From Paraglomus brasilianum (lineage: Eukaryota), in NCBI GenBank assembly GCA_910592345.1, contig CAJVPI010000159.1, forward strand, positions 1-47,833: 47,833 bases of DNA, written 5' to 3'. The notes under the pieces were generated by a model that saw only the letters and a list, made by a program, of their open reading frames with translations, was not told the origin of the DNA and made no database searches. Position 1 is the first letter of the stretch. Every line of letters starts with the position of its first letter. Made by a program: the position numbers and the translations under genes. Positions 1 through 13,500 of the stretch are shown here, piece after piece.

Positions 1-34
1 CGAAACACGAATCATGAAAGATAATAGTCAACGC

Positions 35-96
35 AAAATCATTCGTCTAGCAACAGTAAAATCATTCGTCTAGCAATAGTAAAATCATTCGTCTAG
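35..96. repeat. 23-bp tandem repeat (AAAATCATTCGTCTAGCAAYAGT), about 2.7 copies
   Basis: Units start at 35, 58 and 81, read directly from the sequence. Confidence 0.9.
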
Positions 97-843
97 AAGA
101 AAGAATTAGGGACAAAATTCTAAAGATATACTTAGTAGTATAATAAAGTTGGCTAAGTCGGTGGCCTCATCACTAAGCATCGACACTACAGAGCTCATTG
201 TCACGGTGAGGGAGCGCAGCCGCCTCGCGAAGAAAACCGCTGACATAAACGCAGGGCATGAGCAAATCCAATTACTGACATCCATTAAATAATTGATATG
301 ATTAATATTTCTATTCAAAAGTGGTACAGGGCTAAAATGGAAAAAAGTGGACGATCTAGTCAACGATATCTATAAAGGGGACTAGTTGAAAAAAAGCGAC
401 CAAAAGCATGTCTGCGAGACGATTGGATGTTCTAATTTTAGTAGGAAAACAGCGCATTGCTATTATCACATATACAATTTCGCTTATTGGTTGTGATATT
501 AGAAATTTCGAAGAATAAATAAAATTTATTGCATTACAGGTTATTTTTCCACATAATTAAAGACACCAATCGAAATAAATAACAGAAATGCAATATAGAA
601 AACTAGTCTATTGGATGAAAAAATACAAGTTCGTTTTAATGACAAATTATACGAGCAATAAAATAATGTATGCATTATTCCAGAAGTCACAACTATATAC
701 ACAAGAGATTATGGAAACACCTCCAAATTGATCCTCTTGATCAACTTGACGGAAGACAGACAATGGTTTCACACATAATATTACGAGATGAATACGTCTA
801 ACTATTTATCATATGTCGTCACTACGAATGCACAATTTCTGTG

Positions 844-1996
844 TCAGTTAAGCGCCCTTTTGAGGTCATTCCACTTACGCCGTAAGGCTTCTCGTTCATT
901 CTCACTTTCTGCATATCGCATTTTATATTCAATAAGCATACTCTCAGTAGTAGCTAACTGATCTTCCAGCCTATTGTTTTGTGTAACAAGCCCAACGTTC
1001 TTCTTCGCTAGTGAATCCATCTCGGCACGTAGCTTTTCCTCTATCGCTGCAGGCGCATTATCTAATGCCAAACGAAGATCAGCGACTGTTTGGCGCAGCG
1101 CATCATTCTCATCTTTGACTTGAGCTAATTCTACCTTATTGCTCACGTGTAGGTTAGCTAATTCGATGTGTTCTCTATTAATTGTCTGTAAACTGGCTTC
1201 CAGCTGTTTAATTTGATTGGAGAGATGATTGTTGGCTATTCTCAGTTGTTCTAATGCTGACGATTCAGCTGCTTGTCTCTGTCTTTCTGCCTCTTGTATT
1301 GCATAATATTGTTTCTGATACTTGTTTAGTCTTCTCATTGTAATACTGATCGAATAAGCATCCTTAACAAACTCATTCGCATCGTACTGATGCTCAGAGA
1401 CAACTTCTTTAGCAAGGACACCAGTAGGAATGATCTAGGACACAGCAAAACCATAGCCCACATTAGTAATGTTTTTCTCGTATAAAATGTACAATTAAAT
1501 TGAGGGCATTCTTACCGCATAGCTGTTATATAAACCACTCTTAAGAAACTCGAGCAAAGCTTCGAACTCCATCCCGAGAATAGCAACCTCGTTCTTTTTG
1601 AGCAAGGCAATACAGAATCGGAATAGAGCTTCAACTCCCTCAGTGAATATAGTATCATATATCCGGAATACAAGAGAAAGCGGAAACTTGTAGGCGAATA
1701 ATGTCATAAACCATTGAGATGCATACATTGATGAATTGATTCCTTGTGTTTTGAGATGAAGATTGACTTTGGGAAGCATATCTTCAACCAGTCTATCGAA
1801 TTGATATAAACGCAATTGAAGTCCATCCATTCCAGGAAGGAAATTCCCACGTAGATTGTAAATAGTCATAAGGCGAACTAGAACACAGAATGCTCCTTCA
1901 TCTGGCATCTACAAATTAATACCACGTCAATATATGTGTTGAGAGAGAAGAGGGGAAAGAAAGCACGTTAACAAAAGAGCATAACATACAATTTTA

Positions 1997-2033
<37 letters not shown>

Positions 2034-4220
2034 GGTCTGACAGAATAGAAGAGTTAACTAGATTTAAGGATTAAAAAGGGCTACTAATATTCCTCTTTCT
2101 TTGCTAGCAAAGTATTTAATAGCAATAGTATTTTAACTATAATAAATATGAAATTATTTGCTATCTCGGATATTATGCAACCGCACTTACGTTGAGCAAC
2201 AGTGGACCTACAACAAACGATATTCCTTGACAATATCCAACTTCTTTATCATATAAAGAATACGCTTTGACAACGTTAAACAATCCCTCCTGACCGATTC
2301 CATTCTGGTCTCGAAAGTATTCATGCTTCGGGAAAGTACGATTAAGATCTCTCATAATTAGCTTTTCATGAACGCTTGTTTTCTTAAGCAGTTGCGCATA
2401 TATAGTCTCTAGTTCTACGTCTTTTGACTTTGACATCAACTGCCATATCATGCCTCGTAGTGGAGTAGGTATGCCTTTCTGAATCGTCTTTGATAAAACT
2501 TTTGGTTGGGACTTGGCGACTGCTTCGTAGTCATTGACAACAAGACCCCAAAAATCTGACAATTGAACGTCAAGTTAGCATTACACAGCGACACAGCTAA
2601 CCCGACGCTTAGATATCAGCGGTATGATATACGATTAGTTTACTAGGAACCCCTCGCATCCAATAACTTACCCCAGTCAATATCATCTTCTACAGCCTCA
2701 GTTTGTACTCGCTCGAAACTTTTCTTAATTTCTCCAACAGCAGTCATATTAACTTTCTGTATTTTAGGATCATCTGCTAAAATCTGATTGTCTTTGTCCA
2801 GTTTTGCCAATAATAAATCAGTACTAGACCCAGTAGACAATAGTGAAGCCATAGACATATGCCTAGACTCGGTATTATCACTGACAGTAGTTGGAGGAGA
2901 AGCAGAGGAAGGTCGAGAACTAAATATTGAAGCGAATGATCTAACTGAATTGGGTGACTTTGGGAAATTCAATTCACCGGAAAAGTCATCATCTTCACCC
3001 TGTTCAATATGCGATGAACCAAGCGGAGCCAGAGTGGACAATGGTCGAAAGTACGAAGCAAAGGATTTCAGCGAATTCGGAGTACGTGGTAGATGATTAG
3101 AGAACCAGCCCCCAGAATTTTCTTCTTCACGTTCATCATCGTCGAGCGAGATATCGTTAAGTTCCGGATTCTCACCGAGAGAAGCAACAGACACGCGATT
3201 GGTTGGAGACTTTTCATTGTCGACATCATCTACTGTATCGACAGGGTTTCGATTGTAGTCAGAATAGCGGTCAGAGGAGAAACTGGACTTGGACATAATT
3301 GAATCGGCATCGGTTCTATCATCCATACTCGAAAGAAACGTGGGCGACGGGGGGATTGTTGAAGACAATGGTGACCCCGAGACAGCATTCGAAGTGGGAT
3401 GGAACGATGTTGTGTGCTCGACTGCACTGTTGTCGTTATTACCGGATTCAGTCGAATGGTCTGACTTGTTATCATAATCACTTTCGCTTGGTTCTTTGTC
3501 CAAATCATTTTCAATAGACCATTCAGAAGGCGATATCTTTTGACTTGGATCATCCTTGCTAGTGACTTTCACCGAGTGCGATTCTGGTTTGTCCGATTCT
3601 GCCTCACTTGATGCATCGTCAGACGGATCGTTATCGGTGACAGATTTATCGTTGTCGTCTTCCTCACTATTGGGTTTAAGCATTTCCGGGAATCCGTCAA
3701 AGTGCTTGCTATCATCAAGTACGTTCTTTTTGAGCGAGTCGTGATTATTTGTTACATCTGCCTCGTCAGTGTGGAATGAATTTAGACTTTCGTCATCATC
3801 GGATTGTGCTGGCTCTTTATGGTGTTTCGTATCATTGCCATTGATTTGCTCTATTCTATTGCTATGTATCGAGTTCTCGGTGTCCCGTTCAAGGTGAATG
3901 AAGGAATTGTCTTCAGAATTAGCGGACGTGGGGGATTCAGTATTCCCGTCGTCTTCGTACACTGACGAAGACTCTGATACTACCGAGCCATCAGATGGTC
4001 TTCGTTGACTATGGGAATCGTTGTCACGATCTGTCTCATAAGAAGAGGCATAATCAGCGAAGTTGTCGTCCTCGTCCTCGTTGTTGGGATTGTAGATGTC
4101 GTTATTATCAACCGACTTTCGAGTGTCGTCATCATTCGGCTGTTGGGAGTCGGTTTGAGAGAAGTGTTGAGTTTTTAGTATAGTAGGTATGAGCTGTTCT
4201 TGCTGTACATCCGTTGCCAT
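844..4220 (-). CDS. TBC-domain Rab GTPase-activating protein (Gyp5/EVI5-like), about 965 aa, 4 exons
   Basis: Exons 4220-2672, 2555-2191, 1908-1516 and 1434-844 join in frame with GT-AG ends. TBC motifs GIPTPLRGMIWQ, IMRDLNRTFP (Arg finger), YCQG (Gln finger) and YASQWFMTLF are present. The N-terminus is long and acidic; the C-terminus is coiled-coil. Confidence 0.92.
1998..2032. repeat. A35 homopolymer inside RabGAP intron 2
   Basis: Run of 35 A read directly. Confidence 0.9.
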
Positions 4221-5800
4221 GAGTGTAGATTTGGAGGAAAGGAAAATTTGGGGGAAAGGGAATTGTACGTATAGATATAGAGAGTGAAAAATATCGAATT
4301 TAGGCTAGAATTGTAATTGCTATAAGGATGATATTCAGTGTCTCAAACATTGAATTATGCGTGTGTAATGTGTCTATCCTTATGGGGTATTATGGACTAG
4401 TCATGGTAAAAATGTAAATGAGTGTTGTTTGTTGGTGCATCGGATGTGGTTACTATTATCACCATGCATTGCTATTACCATATCTTCCGTTTGTACTCGG
4501 AATACTGGATAGCGAAACGGCTGGTGACATGGGGCGAGAGGCAAATCAAAGAAAGTAATGGTATTCGAACTTTTAGGAGTACTGGACGATTATTAGTGTT
4601 TAATATTAGTATTACCTTGTATTTTATGTTACCAATGAACGTGTTTATTGACAGCTACTTCCCCATTATTAATTGAATGTGTAAAACAAGTCACAAATTG
4701 TGTGTCAGACTGTGTCAAACTGTGTCTTTTTCGGCTATTCCTTCATTGTACTACCACAATTACCCCAATCGTTCAAACCATGATCACATGATACATTTAA
4801 TTTTATAATTACATATCATTAATCTATAACGTCGTCTATTGATATATTCCCTAATAGTAAGAGTTCAAAGAAGTAATAGTCTGTAATTCGAACTTTCATT
4901 TACTGACTAACGCCAACAGCAAGTCTGATAGTGACAAGATGGATGATATGCATAAAATCAAAAGTCGTAATCATTGTTATGTACAGTATAACTAATAGTT
5001 GTTATTGATTATTTGAAGCCGTAATAGCACAAAGACCAATTCACATATGTGATGGTGGAATTAAAAGGCTGGGAAACAAGTGCGCAATAGTTGATCCGCT
5101 ATCTTATATTCTTACGTGCCAAGATGACATAAAATATCACATATACGTGAATGGATGTTCTTTCCTTGTTGCACAATTAATTTTAACAATATTAATATAT
5201 ACATGCATACGTTTCTTCTAAGCTTAAAAGCGCCATTTGAGCAGACATAAGTTGATGGATTTTTTAGAGATTCATGTTTCTCTATTGATGCTAAGCAATT
5301 AAAAGTCAAGACAAAGCCAACAATTTTATTGTACTCAAACTACCGCTGCATGAGTGTCGGACTAATATGTGTTATGATCCATCCAGAGACTGATTCTAGA
5401 GACTGATCCTACTACCGAATTTCTAAAGTAACCAATCTCTAGCATTACAATTTAATATTGCAATCTTCTAATGCTACTATTGTAAAACAGCTTTAGCGTA
5501 TCCACGTAGCTGTGCCAAATAAAGGATACACCAAACTAATGCTACTATTATTCAGCGCACATTGGAGAAATTATTGTCTACTGTTGGATGCAAATTTACA
5601 AAAAAATACTAAATATAATTTGATGTATATCGTTATAATCCATTTTTGTTAAAGCTTTAAGAAATAGGTCAGGTTTAAGATTAATTTTATCAGAAAAGGC
5701 TGTTTTAAATTTCTGCTCATAATATAATTAACCAAAATTTGAATAGTTATATCTCAAACCACATGTAGCATTTGTCAATTTTCTAAGCATTACTTGTTAA

Positions 5801-6638
5801 TACGTAGGGTGTCTGAAAAGTTTTGACAATATATTTATCTTGATGATTTGTGCCTACTCAAATAAGTTAATAATGTAATTAAAGTTTAGGTTTCAGTCGA
5901 TCTTGCATAAAAAACTGACACAATTTGATTTGATCATTGTTGAGAAATTTGCTTTAAAAATCCTTACTTTAAAAAAAAATATTGGAGAATACTACGTGAG
6001 AATGCCAACATTATTGCATTTTTTTGGCTAGAAAACGGTCAAACTACAAAAAATTTTACCAAGAGTTGAGAGTTGTTGAAGAACCCAATGCACTGTCTGA
6101 ACGCGGATTGAAAGTATTTTGAAGATGGATATGAGATAACTCTCTGCGAACAGCATTTTTCGCGAAACTGTTGCCTGCAAAAAAATTGCAAAGGTGGAGA
6201 AACTGATAAATGATAATCCCCCATAACTGTAAGAATGATAGAGGAGTAAATTGGGTTTTCTGAAGAATTGAGTACACGTACATCTTACATAGTCAACTCG
6301 ATCTCAATAAAAGTGTGTTCAAGATGGATTTCATACGTCATGACAATGCACCACCTCATAATTAATTTTACATCTTTATTACAATCCGGATCTGGTTCCT
6401 TGTAATTTTTTCTATTTTTTAGAATAAAAAAAAAACAGAGCAAAAAGAAGTTGAAAGTCTCTACAAGCTGTCCGGGTAGTGTCTCATAACATACCAAAGG
6501 GGCCTTTATAATTGGTGAAAAAGCTGCAACATTGTATAGAAATAGGCTAAGAGCAATTTAAAGGGATGCAACAATTTATTTTAAAACTATTATGTGCATC
6601 TTCAAGAAATAAATAATATTGTCAAAACTTTCTACGTA
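5801..6638. mobile_element. Degenerate non-autonomous DNA transposon with imperfect terminal inverted repeats (Tc1/mariner-like end)
   Basis: Left end TACGTAGGGTGTCTGAAAAGTTTTGACAATAT-ATTTAT matches the reverse complement of about 6601-6638 (TACGTAG-AAAGTTTTGACAATATTATTTAT) with a gap of about 9 nt. No intact ORF inside. Confidence 0.5.
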
Positions 6639-6643
6639 TTAAC

Positions 6644-6896
6644 TGAATAAGGGCCTCTTTCATCATAAGGTGGCTCTTATTCATGAGATGTTGATCTACG
6701 AATCGTCACGTAACAACTGTCTGCGTTATCTCTGTTTAGTACATAATCACGAACTGCATACTTCATATGATGTTCGAACTAGTGGGTGATGCGAGGGGTG
6801 GGGTTAACTATTTTACAACATTACAGGCCTTATCATGATCGCAGTTTTTTTTCATATGGAGAGGCTCTTATTCATGGTTCATGAGAGTTTACGGTA
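6644..6896. mobile_element. Possible Tc2/pogo-like MITE relic
   Basis: GGCTCTTATTCATG occurs at 6672 and 6863, with an inverted TGAATAAGGGCC at 6644. The right end GAGTTTACGG-TA reads as TA-CCGTAAAC on the minus strand. Confidence 0.35.
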
Positions 6897-7524
6897 TATG
6901 ATATCAAGAAAAGCAAAATGGGAATTTTAAATTATTAATACAGAAATGCTCGTATTATTGTTTGAAATGCATCGATTTTGTTTGATGCGTACTTGTGCCC
7001 CCCCCCCCCGTTATACAAAACTGTGTTGTATGTCGGGTCGGACTGTATTACGTCGTCCTATAGCGAGCCTGTTAGCAGGATATCGTAGCTTGGAAATAAA
7101 GTGTCGTATTACGTCCTATAATTAACGACACGTTAACATGATTATTTTATCTACTTTTTTGCTCTTGGATTAAAATTTAAAGATCGGTTTAATTGTTTAT
7201 TGGGTTTTTTTCTTCAATAGCTTGCATATGTAGAATTTGCAGTCTATATTGTCTTTTGACCAGCAAATTGACTTCGTTTATGAAGAATTTTTATTTACAT
7301 TTTCATTGTAGCAAAGGAAATGACTCGTGATAATTCGTTTGCAGTAATTAGTATTTAGTAATTAATATTATAAAAGTAGTTGTGTTATTATTAGTATCTG
7401 ATAGGATTATACGTAACTGCGAGTCGATTAATTCTGCAACCAAACGGTCTGATTTCATTAACTTAATTCTCCCGCTTGCAAACTCAAAGGGCGCATGCAA
7501 TCTAATTCGTTGATTCGGATCTCA

Positions 7525-8135
7525 CAAAATTATAAGTACAAGACGAAAATTTACTAGTAAAACATATAAACCCCTTTATTTTCGAAAATCTCTATTGTCC
7601 ATATGTACTATGTAACCCACAATGATTTTTTATGCCGTTTTGAAGCTAATTGACTGTATTTTTCGAAAAGAATGGTGTGAAATTAAATTAGTTATTGTAA
7701 TGAAGAAGTAGTGGCGGCATTTATGTTACACATATCATTTTCATATGTAACATAAATGCCGCCACTTCATTGAACTACGGCTTTGAAACGATAACAGGTC
7801 TGAAATATATCATTATTTTTTCCGAAAAATACAATCAATTGGGTACCAAAATTATTGTATGTTATATACAAGTGGCTCTCGATATAAGAACCCTTCGATA
7901 TAAGAAACTTTCGATATAAGAAAGTATTTTTGCTGGACCCGATTTAAAATCTTATAACAAATGACTCTCGTTATAAGAGATTTTCGATATAAGAAAGGAA
8001 TTTGTTGAGCCCCGATCACTTTCTTATATCGAGAGCCACTTGTAGTACGTATGGACAATAGAGATTTTCGAAAATAAAGAGTTTCATATTTTTACTAGTA
8101 AATTTCGTCTTGTACTTATAATTTGCCAGGGGGTG
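7525..8135. mobile_element. Foldback / long-palindrome non-autonomous element, interrupted by a MITE
   Basis: Arms of about 85 bp at 7525-7610 and 8043-8125 are near-identical inverted repeats. A perfect inner 21-bp inverted repeat lies at 7710-7730 / 7746-7766. The right end is CAGGGGGTG followed by TA. Confidence 0.75.
7869..8042. mobile_element. 174-bp pogo/Tigger-like MITE
   Basis: Perfect 22-bp TIRs CAAGTGGCTCTCGATATAAGAA at 7869-7890 and 8021-8042, with TA on both flanks and internal TCGATATAAGAA repeats. Confidence 0.88.
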
Positions 8136-10102
8136 TAATATAGTCAATATTTGTTTACATAATTTTCTTACAGCAATTGTCCCATTGAACATACTGAACT
8201 ATTAAAGACTATCTGAAATATTATTCTACTCTTCAACGTAAACCTTTTCAATTAATCAAAAACTTTGAATCTGAAGGTTGTAGATGAAGACTGTTAAAGT
8301 AGCAATGCTCTTTTGGTCCCCATTGGCCTTCCAACATCCTACTTACCTCTGGTAATTTACGCTTTTGTTTTGTTTATCTTTTTTACTAAAAGTACAATAA
8401 TTAACCAACGTCATAAACTTGTAACTACTATATGGGCAACTTCGCATAAATTTTTATTTTGCTAAACCATGTTCTGGTAAATTCGAACACTCTTATAATC
8501 AACGTCATCTTGGCCAAATAGCCCAGACCTTAAGCTGATCAATAAATTCTAAAGACACGGATTGAAAAAAAAATTTTTAGTAAATTTTTGGTAAAAAAGC
8601 AAATAGTCAAATATTTACAACACATATTTTCTTAGCTAAAATCTCAATTTTGCGGTATCTGGCTGGTCAATTCTAGTCTTTAATTCTTTCATAGCTAACT
8701 GTCTTCTTTAAACATAGCGAGAGCGAGTGCCTCTCAATGTTAAGACTGTTGGGTTCTAGAAAGCATCGAAATCGGATACTTTTAGGCTCGACCAGTGTTT
8801 ATAGTTGTAGCTGAATTTCAAAGTTTGCAATTACTAGTTTTACTGGTTCTATATAGTTGGATGCAGTGACTGGGGTAAGAATATTTATTACATACCCTCT
8901 ATACGGAAACGTGTTTCTAATCATTACTTTCACTAATTACGTTGTCTTTTTAGATTTATGGAGCGACAGGCATAACTTGAGAAGCCTCATTGATGACAAT
9001 TTATTTTTCAAATCCTCACACTTGATTGGACGAGAAAGATTGTTCCAAGACCCTTTGTCGGAAACATGCAAAAATTAAACGGTCAAAACTTTTCAACCCC
9101 ACGTATTTATAAATCAAATTTTGTTGGATGCCTCGTTGACGGCAGATATGACATTGAACAAGTACGGCCGTACCCCACAATCTCCCTTCAATATCCTCGA
9201 CAAAGCGGGATAAACTCAAAAAGAATAAAGTGTGAGTTCAAAATTCGCTTGAAAGGTTTTTTATTACAGTTACCTTACTGGTTTCTTAAGAAATTAGGTT
9301 TAAAAACTCGATATCAAAACCAATGGCTTCAGTTATCCATGAAATCATAGATACTTAATTTTACCTTCATTAAATGGTGGATTAATAAATTGACAATGTA
9401 GGGAAAATATTAAAGAAAAACCATGCTCAGAAAGGCCCAATGCGGCTGTTAAGTGGCCAACAAATCTCTTATATAACATGAGAATTAGAAACTAGCATAG
9501 GAATTGTCATTATAAGCAATAAATATTAACTAAATGTCTTCAAAAATCAGAGGCAGAAAAACGGTGCAAAAATGTTCCGACAATGCACTACACATGGAGC
9601 ATCACTTAGTTATAAACTTACTACAACAGAACAAGTGCATCTGCTCCCTCATCCTCTTTATTTCTGTAACATTTTCTTATTTCCAAGAGTTATAATAACA
9701 TTTATTGTGGTCTTCAGGCAGTTGTTGGAAGCAATCCAAAAGAGGGTTATTACAAATCCTTCGAGAATTGGGATAGCTGAAACTTTGAAGAACCTATTGG
9801 CAAATTATTATGTACGTTTGTGAAATACAATCACGTGATCAAACTTTTCAACCACCCCACGTATTCTTCATATTAGCTTGTTCAGAGAATACAGTATACT
9901 GCATTGCAGTAAGAGTCTGAGCAGAGTTTGTAAAAAACCTTCCGAAAGAATACTATCAGTTTTGTTTTTTTTTTTAATTTGTATTAAATTCTGGAATTAA
10001 TTCTTTCTCATTGACTCGGCAAAAGAAAAGCGGGCGACTTAACTCCTTCGCGGGGAACTGCCAATCTGAATGTCAATATTTCTAACACTTGCAAATTATC
10101 CT

Positions 10103-10462
10103 ACATCTTCTATAGAAGAACCATCGCTTTTATACCACTGCATCAAGCCCATTATTGAGAGGGTTTCTGATAAAGTACTTGTCATCTTTCGTGTATTTTC
10201 AACCAAGTGCGGCCAGAGCTGTTCTTTCATTGCCAATATTTATTTTTCATAATTAGCTTGAGTTTTCTAGAGCCTAGTCGTTCAAGTCTTCAGCAACAAC
10301 TAATTGAGCGACATTACCAATTCAAGGCAGTGAAAGTGGACCAGGAATGAGAAATTCACGAGTGAAATATAATAATGAAACATACAGTAAAGTATAAAAA
10401 GTTCCAAATAGAATTTAAACCGTCTCAAAGAAAAATGAGTTTAGAAGAGTTCACGCTGACAT
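10103..10462 (-). pseudogene. Truncated cytochrome P450 pseudogene (5' part of exon 1), paralog of the P450 at 37638
   Basis: The reverse complement aligns by eye to 37638-38070, e.g. CCTGGTCCACTTTCACTGCCTTGAATTGGTAATGTCGCTCAATTA and ACAAGTACTTTATCAGAAACC. It carries deletions, frameshifts and stops. ATG at 10462. Confidence 0.85.
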
Positions 10463-10499
10463 ATGAGGATTAAGTCCGTTCCTGTTCATGATTTAATTG

Positions 10500-10578
10500 A
10501 ATGTGTGAATTGTCCAACTTGCGCGCGCGCCTTTTATAGACAGTAAAAATGAGACTCTTATCAAGTTGACCGATAGAG
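10500..10578 (-). promoter_or_regulatory. Relic P450 core promoter with TATA box (TATAAAA at 10538-10532)
   Basis: ATCGGTCAACTTGATAAG...CTGTCTATAAAAGGCGCG matches 37496-37544 upstream of the intact P450. Confidence 0.7.
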
Positions 10579-13500
10579 GCTAATATAGCCAGAAAAATTG
10601 CATAGAATTTCAGAGTTGATAACAACTCGAGTTTCTCGCATATTTGAGATGTCGCTTCAAGTAACCATTTACTATGACTTATTCAATGTAACATTGTCTT
10701 ATTTTCAAACAAATATAGTATACGGATAATAGAGGTTTAATTGTCAAGCCGAAGCGCCAAGCTTTTTCGTTGTTATATTAACAGCATATAAGTCAGATTA
10801 TGAAGCATAAGCATCTCTAATTTATCCTGTAATGTGTTAAAACTAACTTTAGTAATAAAGTCGTATTCGATAGTATAAGTGTAATCATCGTCACGGTGCC
10901 TGTTTTGTTTCACATTCAATGTGTGGGCCCTTAATAGTGCATAGTAGAATGGTTGGTTATTGCAAAACGCATAGTTTGACATCCTGTTCCTTGTTGAATA
11001 TTAATATGCATTCACACACAGACACTTATACTTGTTACAATTGCATCGAAAACGTTCTTTTTGTTAAAGTGTATCTGAAACCAACCTCCATTCATGGGCT
11101 GGATGTGGGCGCTGTGATATGAAACTTGACTGTGCACCAAAGATAGTTTATTAATGCATTTTGAGTTAAAGTCGTTTATTCATACAAAAATAGATGTTAT
11201 TTTAAAAGGGAATGATTAATAGTAATAGGTACTCCGAAACAATGCGCCATTTTTTCTAACCTTCCATTACTGATTCGCATGACAGGTATTGACAGGATTT
11301 TCGTTGTTCTTCCATGTTTTGTAATACCGCCTCATTAATTTCAAAGATCTGTTTTCAGAATTTGAATTCGAACCCATGCATATATTCTTGTCTAGTGTAA
11401 CTTATGGCCCAGTCATCTCTTCTGATACTTCTGTATTTGCTGCAAACGTTAAAAATTCTATAATTAATTGTTCAGGTTTTTCGGGGACTTTTCACATGAA
11501 GCCATCCGAGATTATCTCCAGACTATTGTTTGTACGAACACCAATTTAGTACTTAGTAGAGGGAACCGATTGTTTACCGCCTCTTTTCGACTTGGCAGAT
11601 CCTAAAGCACATGGTATTTCTTCATCTCTATTTAGGGTGTGCCCCATTTTGACCCCATTCTCATGCAATCAGATCACTTTGTGGTGATCGAAGGGTACAC
11701 GACCCCGTCTGCTTTACGAATGCAAGCGACTTGTCTTCCGTCTGTTTTCCCCTTGATTAACATCCCCACCGCTGGTGACAGTAGTCTTGCAGAAAAAAAC
11801 CAATTACAAGACCGTTGTCTATCAGGATTACTTGCAGTAAAGGCTGTAATCGACGAGGTAATGAGCACGTGTATTAAAAATTACTGGATAAGCCGATTAT
11901 ACTGAATATGCAGTACAGCGTATCGGCCCCTCCCTCTCTAAAAACGCTGTGTTTAACACAAAACAGTCATCTTTCAATTACAAAACCTGGCTTCTAAATT
12001 AGGTTATCTAGCGTTATTTCTTGTTCGCCAAGGTTGTGTGGACTATTATTATTGAGACATTTATGCAAGTCTCTCAAATAAAGTTTCATACTTGCGGTAG
12101 TTTGACTGCACATAATTAAGAATAGTCAATCCTGTGACCGGAACCTGTAACCTATAGTGCATGTAACCACGATCTATGACCTGTGGCTGTAACCATTGTG
12201 TCAGTAGCCCACGAGTAGTAGCATTGGAATATATATTTAACGGCCGCAAAATATGTTTCTGGAACAGAGGACTTTTTTCTAAGAAGGTAGGAAGCCTCCT
12301 TTTCCAGATCGAGATAATAATTGGTAGTAATCACGCACATTCTATAATTAATATTTTCCACCTATAGTGGATTAAAATATTAGCAACAACCAAAGTTATC
12401 CTGTGCACTAACTAACATGTCCTTGTTCGGCAATTCAGCTGGCAAGTCAACTATAAATGCACGTCATAGAACCTATCTCGAGAACATACAGTGATGGCGT
12501 TTAAGTTTCGTGGACAAGAGGACACACTTATGTTGAATAAAGATATTGTTGTATAATGGTACGACTGTAAAAATTCATTTGGGAGACTAAGGTAGTATCG
12601 AGACTAGCACCGAGTGTTACAAAGCCTATTTTCTTTGTCACTCAATTAACGTTTATATTGAGACGCCGATATTAAAAATAAAATTAATGAAAATCAAACC
12701 AAACAATAAATATTAGTAATTGATCAAGTATTAAAAGATATATGATTTAAATATAGGAAAAACTTATCTGCAATTAGTTAAGATTTAATATTATTATCGG
12801 AAAATAAGAGGATAGTGACATCGAACATGTGCTGTTGGTTGGTTATCGATGAATTGGAGACTTGACAAAGGATATTTAGTTTTATTTTTGATTCCTCTTT
12901 TTACCTTTCCGTGCAATTGTCGACAATCACACGATTGAGCCAATATATGCAGTCCAACCAATCGTTTGCGTGACTGTATTTATTGGATTCACAGAATAAT
13001 CTAATTTATGGATCACTTTTGGTAACAACTGCGTTTGACTGCGCTCAATACTAATTATTACACAATCGCGTAAATGAATAAAGGCTGTACTTATCATAGA
13101 CAAACACACCATTTCTTAAAACTGTGATTTTAATACTCTTACCACAAGATATCCTATTTGTTATTAATATGTTAATGCACGCAATAACTGAATTATAGCT
13201 TCTTTTTCTTCATTAAATACAGACTCTATTTTTATCTTTGAAAAATAATAAAATTCTATGCATGTTTGTTAGATAATCTGATGTGTGCAATGGCTAACAA
13301 TACTAAGGCAACCAAAACGGACAAAAATTGATTAAAATCAATGGCACCCTTGTTGTAAGCATTTGGTTATGAATATTATGTTATGTATCAGCATGCAGTT
13401 CGATTGTAGACACAACTTTTGATCGATCTATCGCTATTTTAGATGTTTGGTTGCTGATAAAAGCTACAAATGGAAATATTAATACGAGATTTCTGGGTAC

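Noticed and set aside
1998..2032. Poly(A) run as a retro-insertion tail
   Set aside because: No convincing target-site duplication or element body.
11360..11430. GGGTTCGAATTC B-box-like motif on the minus strand as a tRNA
   Set aside because: No cloverleaf or acceptor stem can be formed.
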